From contig NC_043007.1 in NCBI RefSeq assembly GCF_006345805.1, forward strand, positions 68,882,001 to 68,946,000: DNA of 64,000 bases. The letters run 5' to 3'. The stretch is from Octopus sinensis (Eukaryota). Positions 55,439-64,000 of this stretch are shown here, in pieces; the first letter of the stretch is position 1; every line of letters starts with the position of its first letter. The position numbers and the translations under genes are program-made. A model generated the notes under the pieces. That model was not told the DNA's origin, did not search any database, and saw nothing but the letters and a program-made list of their open reading frames with translations.

Positions 55439-55708
55439 GTAAAAGCTGCAATACTTATCTAACAGCAGCTTGCATATTGCCTTCACTGCACGGTCATTTC
55501 TTTTAGAGACAAATAAAACAAGGGAAGAAATCTTAATAACTTATCGATCTGCAAGTACATCAGCAGCAACATAAAGATAACCGCAACAGCATCAGCAGAA
55601 GTTAATATTTTTATCAACTTGCCTTAGAGGAAGAAAGAACAAGAGATAAAAAGACACTGACTGTTGCATGAAACGGATTTGAAATTCCCTATCCTTCAAA
55701 CCAACGAA

Positions 55709-56638
55709 ATGCATTCTTATGAAATAATTCTAAAATTAAGTCTTGCCGTTTTGGCATCTTCACTGCTTGTGGAAACTCATGACTTTAAAAGCTACTCGAA
55801 TGCTGACAAAAGGTTTAGGGCGTCTGGTGACAGAATAAAAGACCTGCTAAGAAAAAGAAATGTTAACAGTTTCATGGAAATGGAAAGCCCAGAGAATTAC
55901 ATTCGCGAACTGGCTGCTAATCGAGGAATTGAAATTGACTATCCAGAACATTTTGACAAGAGAATTAGAGAATTAGTCGGCAAACGATATCCTGAAAATT
56001 TTGACAAAAGAATTCGAGAATTGGTTGGCAAACGAGGAACAGAAATTGACTATTCCGATCACTTTGATAAAAGAATTAGAGAATTGGTTGGCAAACGTGG
56101 GACCGAAATAGAATATCCTGATCACTTTGACAAAAGAATTAGAGAATTGGTTGGCAAACGAGGAAACGATGTGGAATATTCTGATCACTTTGACAAAAGA
56201 ATTAGGGAGTTGGTTGGCAAACGAGGATCAGAAATTGAATTTCCTGACAAGAGAATTCGGGAACTGATTGGTAAACGTGGAGGTGAAATTGATTATCCTG
56301 ACAAGAGAATCCGAGAATTGATCGGTAAACGAGGAGGCGAAGTTGAATATCCTGAAAATTTTGAGAAGAGAATTAGAGAATTAATTGGCAAACGAGGCAC
56401 TGAAATCGAATTTCCAGACAAGAGAATTAGAGAATTAATTGGTAAAAGAGGAACTGAAGTTGAGTATCCTGAACATTTTGACAAGAGAATCAGAGAACTG
56501 GTTGGTAAACGTGGAAATGAAGGTGAAAATGCCGAACATTTTGACAAGAGAATCAGAGAATTGGTTGGTAAAAGAAGTGTTCCATCAAATATCAGTAAAA
56601 ACGTCGTTAAACGAAATGTAGAGAAAGTAGAAGGTTAA
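55709..56638 (+). CDS. Neuropeptide precursor (309 aa) encoding IRELV-amide x7 and IRELI-amide x4; possibly PRQFVamide/LRNFVamide-related
   Basis: First in-frame ATG at 55709 (the ORF track starts at TTG 55664); signal peptide MHSYEIILKLSLAVLASSLLVETH; 11 KR-IREL(V/I)-G-KR cassettes; extensive synonymous variation between cassettes. Confidence 0.93.
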   Translation: MHSYEIILKLSLAVLASSLLVETHDFKSYSNADKRFRASGDRIKDLLRKRNVNSFMEMESPENYIRELAANRGIEIDYPEHFDKRIRELVGKRYPENFDKRIRELVGKRGTEIDYSDHFDKRIRELVGKRGTEIEYPDHFDKRIRELVGKRGNDVEYSDHFDKRIRELVGKRGSEIEFPDKRIRELIGKRGGEIDYPDKRIRELIGKRGGEVEYPENFEKRIRELIGKRGTEIEFPDKRIRELIGKRGTEVEYPEHFDKRIRELVGKRGNEGENAEHFDKRIRELVGKRSVPSNISKNVVKRNVEKVEG

Positions 56639-57261
56639 TTGGTTGCTAGGAGCAACGAAAATTAATGCAAATATTGGAATATTTAAATAAGGAAAAACAA
56701 AGGTTCTACACAATGACCGGGAGAAAGAAAACAAGTCACATGAAGAAAAGCAAAAAATCATTTTTAAAAAATGTCTATTTCAGGAAACCAAATTTTTCAA
56801 AAAAAAAAAAAAAAAGACAAAATATTTAACATTCATTTCAGAATGAGAAATCAAAGAAATGAAAACCAGGTGAAATGATTTTAAAAATATATATATTTCA
56901 AGAAATATATATATACATATATATACATTCACAAAATAGCAACAGAAGAAAACGAGATAAAATTTATATTTTGGAAGAAAATAATAATGGTAAAATAATT
57001 TTTAATATATTAAGAATGATTATAGTAATAACAATAAGTAATAATAATTAATAATAATAATGATGATAATGTTGATGATGATTATGATGATATGACACTA
57101 AAAATGTCGAAATGGAAATTATATTATCTAAAAAAAAACAAACCAAAAACACATAACAGGACTTATTTTTAAAAGTTCTACTAATTAAATTACCTACCTT
57201 TTCCTTCCTACATGCTCCAAGCTTTCTTCTGTTTTTTATTTCTCGTTCCTCTCTCACGATC

Positions 57262-57303
<42 letters not shown>

Positions 57304-57472
57304 ATACATATATATGAAGTTTAACAACATCTTTCCTCACTACCCATAAACTATCATGAAGTAAAAAAAAAAATAATTGAAATCGCACCGTTGTTTTTAT
57401 GCCTTCTTAATTCTTGCTATTTCTGTGTGAGTGTATATACATACATACATACATACATACATATACATATAT

Positions 57473-57539
<67 letters not shown>

Positions 57540-58028
57540 GTGTGTGTGTATGTAGGTAGGCATGTATATATATGCATATTCATATTCACACTTATACATT
57601 CACACAAATTTATATATATATATGTATATACACATACGTTTTTGTATGTATATATACCTATATATATATCAGAAATGATGCCCAATTCCATAATGTTTAT
57701 TTGCCCTGTTGAAATTATACTGCTATATTGCTATATTCTACAGTTTGTTGTTTATTCAAGAAGTGGATATATCTACTTTCACTTTTACTTTCGGATTAGT
57801 TGCAAAAGTAAAAGTTGGATTCAAACTTTATTTGTACAATAACATTGCCTTCGTTTGCATGTGCGTGTGTATGCGTGCGTGCGTCAGTTTGTTTGCCCGT
57901 GCATAATGTAAACATTATGTGTATCCGTATAATTCCGTATAATTATTAAAATGTGGATTGGATATAGATTTATATATACTACTCTTTCTGCCTATCTGTC
58001 TATCTATCTATCTATTTATCTATCTATG

Positions 58029-58113
<85 letters not shown>

Positions 58114-61100
58114 GTCTGTCTGTCTGTCTATCTGTCTATCTATCTATCTCTATCTGCCTGTCTGTTTTTTTCTGTCTGTCTCTGACTCTCTCTCTCTCTC
58201 CCTCTCTCTCTATCTATCTATCTATCTATCTATTTATCTATCTATCTGTCTGTTTATCTATCTATCTTTATATATATACACATACACACATTTATATATA
58301 TTTTTATACACGTTATATATGCATATCATTCTGAATAATAGAGGCGTATGCGTGTCAGTATGCATGTATATACGAAGTAAAAGATCTCTTTTTAATTAAC
58401 TATATTAGTACGTGATATGACATTTACATTATTAATTACTGTAATTATACAAAGTTTTATTTGCTTATATTATTTTAAGCTTCTCATTATTTATTAGAGT
58501 TTGTCTCTCGTGGTTCGTTCATTTTATACTATTTATCAGTTATATATGCGTAATTACTATAGCTACAGTTAACTTTGAGGGGTTTTTTTCCTTGGTGTAT
58601 GCGTGAGTGTGCGCGTGAAGTTTATTGCTTTTACCACTTCATGAAGAGAATGTTGTAGCACGCTTAACGAGGATTGTTCTGTTGTTGGTAATATCGCAGT
58701 CCATGTTTCAAGTTTTGTTGATGTTGTTAGGATTAGTATAGTTGTTCTTAGTATTTCTCTTCTTATTGTTGCTGCTGCTGCTGTTGTTGTTGTTGTTGTT
58801 GTTGATAGGTTGATTAGGTGATGGTCTAGGGCTTTGGGGCGGGAGACCCCAGACCTTGGAAAAAAAAACTTTGGTCGTCTTCTTGTAGTCGAGGGCTCTT
58901 CGTTGATGCCCGACACCACTGGAAGGTGGCCCTCGAAGTCGCTGGAAATGGAGATCTCCAGGTCCAAAGTCTTGCACGGCTGCTGCTGTTGCTGCTGCTG
59001 TTATTAGTATTGTTTCTCATGTTGTTAGTATTGGTGTCGTTAGTATTGTTGTTGATAGTATTGCTGCAGCTGTTGTTAGCATTTTTGTCCTTATTAATAT
59101 TGTTGTTTTTGTTGTTAGGTCTCATGTAGACATTCCAGCCGTGACAATCCCGTCTTCCGCCTAAACAGTGGGACATCTCTGTACATGCCCTTCACCGTGC
59201 TCCACTAACTTTTCTTTAAGACAGCTGGGTGCAATTTTAAGGATATTTTATTACTTATTTCTGTCCATCAGTACAACCACGTGGAAGCTCCCCCTTCCTG
59301 TAGTGAGAAGCAGAGGATGTAGTTGTGACAGATCTCTGTTAAGTAGATGCGTGGAATCCAGATATGCTGAGTTGGACGGTGATGGGGGTGAGGAAAGCGA
59401 ATAGCTCTGTAAATTTGACAGAGATGATTATGCGCCAAAAGTCACAAAAGTCACAAATATTGTGATCTGTAGGCATAATCTAGCGGCTTCAGCTGTTACA
59501 CCAACAGGATTTTTATACTTCGTTGTGTTTTTGGTCCATCCTGTGCAACTGGACATTAAGCAAGAGGACGATTCGTATGAAACGGAACAGGTGATTGTTC
59601 GTCGGTCAGTCGAACAGTCGGTTGTTCAAGTTCCGGAGAAACGGCAATTGCCGTTTAACTCCAGCTCAGTCCTAACTGAGCAGAGCTATAAACGAAAATA
59701 CTCCGTCCGTTATCGTGGCATCGTTTTGGGGCTATCTAGGACTACATTAATATAATGAATTCTTCCCATTAAAAAAAAAAAAAATTCAATGTGGGATGTG
59801 AGGTAAACTTTGACTACCATTTTTAACAGATCGACTAAGTAGTTTCGCTAGGTCTTCCTTGTTGGATCAGCAGAAATTGTAGTTCTAGTGGTATTGCAGG
59901 TACAGTCATCGGACAGGAAGGATTCGGCAAAGAACATTAACACGAGTTTTAGAATGTTAATATACCAACACAATAACCCAGAAGCCGAAAGAGACAGAAA
60001 GCCGTGGGTGTGGATTAAGCGGGTAGATGAATTAATTTCACAATTTCACAATGTTGATATCTCTTTATATCTGGCAGTATAATCATTGAAGTCAGTATCT
60101 GATGTGTACTTGTTTTATTGTACCTTCGGAAGTGTAAATATGAAATAAAGTTGATCTGATCACAGCAGTTTTGAACTTAAAGTTTAAACGAATTTTCCTA
60201 ACCACCCCAGCAGTACAGAGACTTGTTGTTATTGTTGTTGTGGTTGTGATGGTGGTAGTAGCGGTGGTGGTGGCAGCAGTGGTTGGTGATATTGTTGCTT
60301 CTGTTATTGTTGCTGTTATTGTTGGAGATTTTGTTTTTTTTTATTATTGTTGTTATGGTGGTGGTACTGGTGGTGCTACTGCTGCCGTTGGTTTTACTGT
60401 TGTTATTTTGTTGTTGTTGTTGTTGTTACTGCTCTTGCTGACGTAGCTGTTATTGTGGTTGTAATTGTCGATGTTGATGTTCTTGTACTTGTTATTACTG
60501 TTGCTGTTGTTTAACACCAGGTCAAAGCTGAAGTAGTAGATCTTTATTCAAATATTTATCACCGTTGAAATATACCGGCCTTCTATTTCATTTTTTCTAT
60601 TAAAGTCCAGGACTACACATTATCCAGCGTATTCTTCCTGTTTTTCTTTTTGTTTTCTGTTTTGTTTTGTTTTTAAAGACAAGAAAAGGTTTTGACGGAA
60701 ATTTAGCTCCTATTTCTAGCCGGTCGAGCGACCGCTTAGAGCGAAGGTGGTTGACATTTTCATCATCAGTTGCCAAACCCAAGTGTATAACAACCCGAGG
60801 GGTTGCAAAGATGTCCAGGAAAATAGTGAATCTTTAATTTCACAAACACATAGGTATGTAACTTATAATTAATTGCCATTTTTGTTTGAAAGCTCAAAGC
60901 ATATTTCTCAAGAGAGTTGTTGAAAGTCTTCCCCTTGCAGCAATTTCTAATCTGTATGCAAACGAATTTTCCTCCGGTGACTAGAATGCTTTCCAGGCCT
61001 GCCATACAGACACCGTTGTTAAGAAGTAGATTTATACTTTTCAATGTTTCTTCGTTCATTTTATTTTTGGTTTATCATATTTAACTTTATATTTAAGTTA

Positions 61101-62403
61101 GTTAGCACGTTCATCACAAATTATTTAATATTATTATCGATTTCTTTTCAAGGAGATGAGTTGGCAAACTCGTAAGCTTTTCGAACGAAATGCTTAGATG
61201 TACTTTATGCGTTTTATGTTCTGTGTTCAAAATCCGCCCAATATATTTTTAACTCTTCGATAGAATAAGTACCATGTAAGCACTTGGCTCGATGAGATCG
61301 ACGAACGACCTCCTCCCAAAATATCAGGCACTGTGCCTTTAGTAGGAAGGATTATTATTGTATCTATAGAAGAAAGGAATACCATTGCATCTATAACAGA
61401 AAGGATTATTGTTGGCAAAATAGTTAGTATTTCGGACAAAATGTTTAACTCCATTTCTTATACTTCTTTAAGTTCTGAGTTCAAATTCCGCCGAGATCAC
61501 TTTTGCAGGTACATCTTTTTTTTGGAGTCGTTACAATAAGTACTACTCAACTACTGGCGCCGATGTAATCGACTAATACTCGTCCCTAAAAATTACTGAT
61601 CTTGTGCCTACATTTGAGACCCCTTTTATTGGTTCGTTTGATCCCTTTCTTTTCCTTCTGTATTCATTTTCTTTAATATTTATCTATTCATTCTATTCAT
61701 GTTAGTTGTTGCTCTTCTTCTTTAATATTTCAACATTGTTGTTGTTCTTGAGGTTGATGATGAGTTTAAAACTAATGATGGGGCGGTAATGATAGTGATG
61801 GTGGTGTCGGTCTTGTTGTTTTTGGGTGGTGGTGGGTGGTGATGGTGGTGGTAGTAGTGATGGTATTGTTGTCGTTGTTGTTGGTGGTGGTGGTAGTAAT
61901 GATGAGGATGATGGATGATGATACTGCCATTTTTGTTATTTCTTTTCTTTATATTCTTTTGATGTTTATTGGATGAAAACTAATATATATATACATACAT
62001 AAACACGCACACATATATATACATGTTCATATTCATTGGCTCTATATGAAGAATATGTATAGATGTACGCATATGCATAAACATATTTATATACATATAT
62101 AAATGCATATTCAACTTTTATTCAAATGCATTTTATATATACATTCGTATAAACATTTATAGGTGTATGTGATATATGGATATTGGCTAAACTGGCAAAA
62201 TGACCATTCCGAAATATAACAATATCTGTTTCAACACACGACTTCACATAAAAAATCTTGCACAACAAATATTTAAACGTACATGTATATATGTGAATCT
62301 ATATATGCTTATATATATGTATACAGCTATTTTCCTCTCTTTTACAACTACTTAGCGAAAATGCTTATATGTGCATGTATATGCCTATATCTACATATTT
62401 ATG

Positions 62404-62482
<79 letters not shown>

Positions 62483-64000
62483 ATGTATGTATGTATATAT
62501 ATACATGAAATTATATGTTTAGTGTAAATACAATAATACAATTAACATTTAAAAGGACACGAAAGAAGAACCAAAATTTGCCATGTTGGATTTTCTCTTG
62601 ACGCTTATTGGAAAGATAAAATATAACGTTTCGTACGTTAGTTGTTCATCGAAAAATGGAAGGAATATATACAGGTACCTAAAAATTATATACATCAATA
62701 GATATACGTATACATGTATATGTATATATATATGAGTGTATATACGCGCACATAATTAATGTGTGTGTGTGTTTGTGGACATTTGTCTGTTCGTTGATGA
62801 TGTGCTTGTGATAATTGTACGCGTTATTCATTGGCATCTTGTGTTCTCATTGCTTTGGATTTGCTCTTCATTTAGGATTTTAGTTTTGTAAGGATTAAAT
62901 TTGCAGAGAGATTTTTTTAGTTTAATGAGGTTTTGTTGTGTATATTGTACTATATTGATATTGCGTGACTGTTCATCACTGAAATTCTTTTTCTAGCAAG
63001 ACTTAAACATATTTGGAGATATATTTGTTGCATATGTGTGTGTAGGTGGCGAGTACATGTATATATTTACTGATGTTCATGTATACTTAATTATGTAGAT
63101 ACCAGGATATTAAACATCATCCTTGGAGCGTGACATCAAAGGCGACAACAATTAAAAGTAACAAATGAAAGCAAAATATCACAAACAACACTAACGATTA
63201 CACCAACAGTAATATCAAAAGCAAAATATATATCAATACTAACAAGAATAGGAAGATGTTCTACAGTACCAGAAGGAGCATTCAGTTGTATCAACCCATA
63301 CTCCCTAATCCCAGTGGCAATCCCATAAAAAATCAACTCTTAGACCTTTAGCAACCACCAGCACCACCAACAACATAATCACTACCACCACCACCACTAC
63401 TACTACTCGCACCATTAGCACCACCATCACGACCACCACCATAAAGTGAATCATTTGGAACTTCATCAGTATTTGCAGCTGACACCACCCTACTGATAAT
63501 CAAGGTGATCCATGTGAATCCAAGTCTTATTGATTTCACTTTGTCGCAGAAACCCTGAGAAAGTCATCAATAAAACCAACCCGTTTCCTTCTTAGTAAAC
63601 CATAAAGGAAATATGTTGCACATTAAAAGGTGATTTTCTTAGTAAATTAATCGTGTTTATCAATCGTTGAAGCGATATATATACCACTGAATGGCAAAAT
63701 TGTCTCATGGTACGAATGCTCCGGCTTAATAAAGTAAGCAATATTTCAATTTTCTTTCTTGTAGTTAAGTAAACGTCATTTTCAGACGTTTTTATATTTT
63801 AGTATTTTTATTTTTATTTCGTGTTACGTGTGCTCTATTGAAGACAAAGTTGTTCGTATTAGGTATGACCACTGTTTTCTCTTGGTTTTGCATTTTTATT
63901 ATATTGACTGTATTTTACATAATATGTATGCTGAGCCTACGAGAATTATTTTCTGTAATACGATCACATTTGCAAGGGTTTAGCTGCTGCTTTGACTGAA

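Noticed and set aside
55940-56580. CRISPR-like repeat-spacer periodicity (~30-nt repeat, variable spacer)
   Set aside because: Repeats vary at synonymous codon positions within one ORF that has a signal peptide; eukaryotic context, no cas genes.
56799-56815. A-run after the neuropeptide CDS as a retrogene poly(A) scar
   Set aside because: No AATAAA upstream, no TSD, and A-runs are common here; the gene has its own TATA promoter.
58569-59410. Asn/Ser-rich minus-strand ORFs and a Ser/Pro-rich reading after an acceptor near 59408
   Set aside because: Frames are broken by stops, part overlaps a recurrent (GTT)n-linked repeat (CATTCCAGCCGTGAC), and no homology is recognisable.
63136-63539. Signal-peptide-like ORF MKSIRLGFTWITLIISRVVSAA and Thr-rich plus-strand readings
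   Set aside because: GTG start, short, dominated by triplet repeats; several frames look equally plausible.

Overview
AT-rich, microsatellite-dense animal genomic DNA, inferred to be from an octopod cephalopod (Octopus-type tRNA-derived SINEs, RTE/Tx1/CR1 LINEs, Tc1/mariner and Helitron remnants, long TA/TATC/CA tracts). Almost all ORF-track entries are microsatellite translations. One protein-coding gene is well supported: a single-exon-CDS neuropeptide precursor at 55709-56638 (+). It has a signal peptide, 7x IRELV-amide and 4x IRELI-amide alternating with conserved acidic Tyr/Phe peptides, and a TATA box plus initiator upstream. Three larger systems stand out. (1) Eight type-I hammerhead ribozyme motifs from six unrelated sequence families, several inside head-to-head fold-back elements sitting in (TA)n tracts, an architecture typical of Penelope-like element termini or retrozymes. 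(2) A full-length 5.3-kb Tx1/L1-clade LINE inserted into the tRNA-derived head of a SINE whose 3' tail it shares, both with exact target-site duplications, itself inside a mariner remnant. (3) A GC-rich candidate exon pair at 28.7-29.0 kb carrying a second RELI-G-dibasic motif. Single-base indels in homopolymers suggest the assembly contains long-read errors, so some frameshifts may not be real. All structures were read by eye; no database searches were run.
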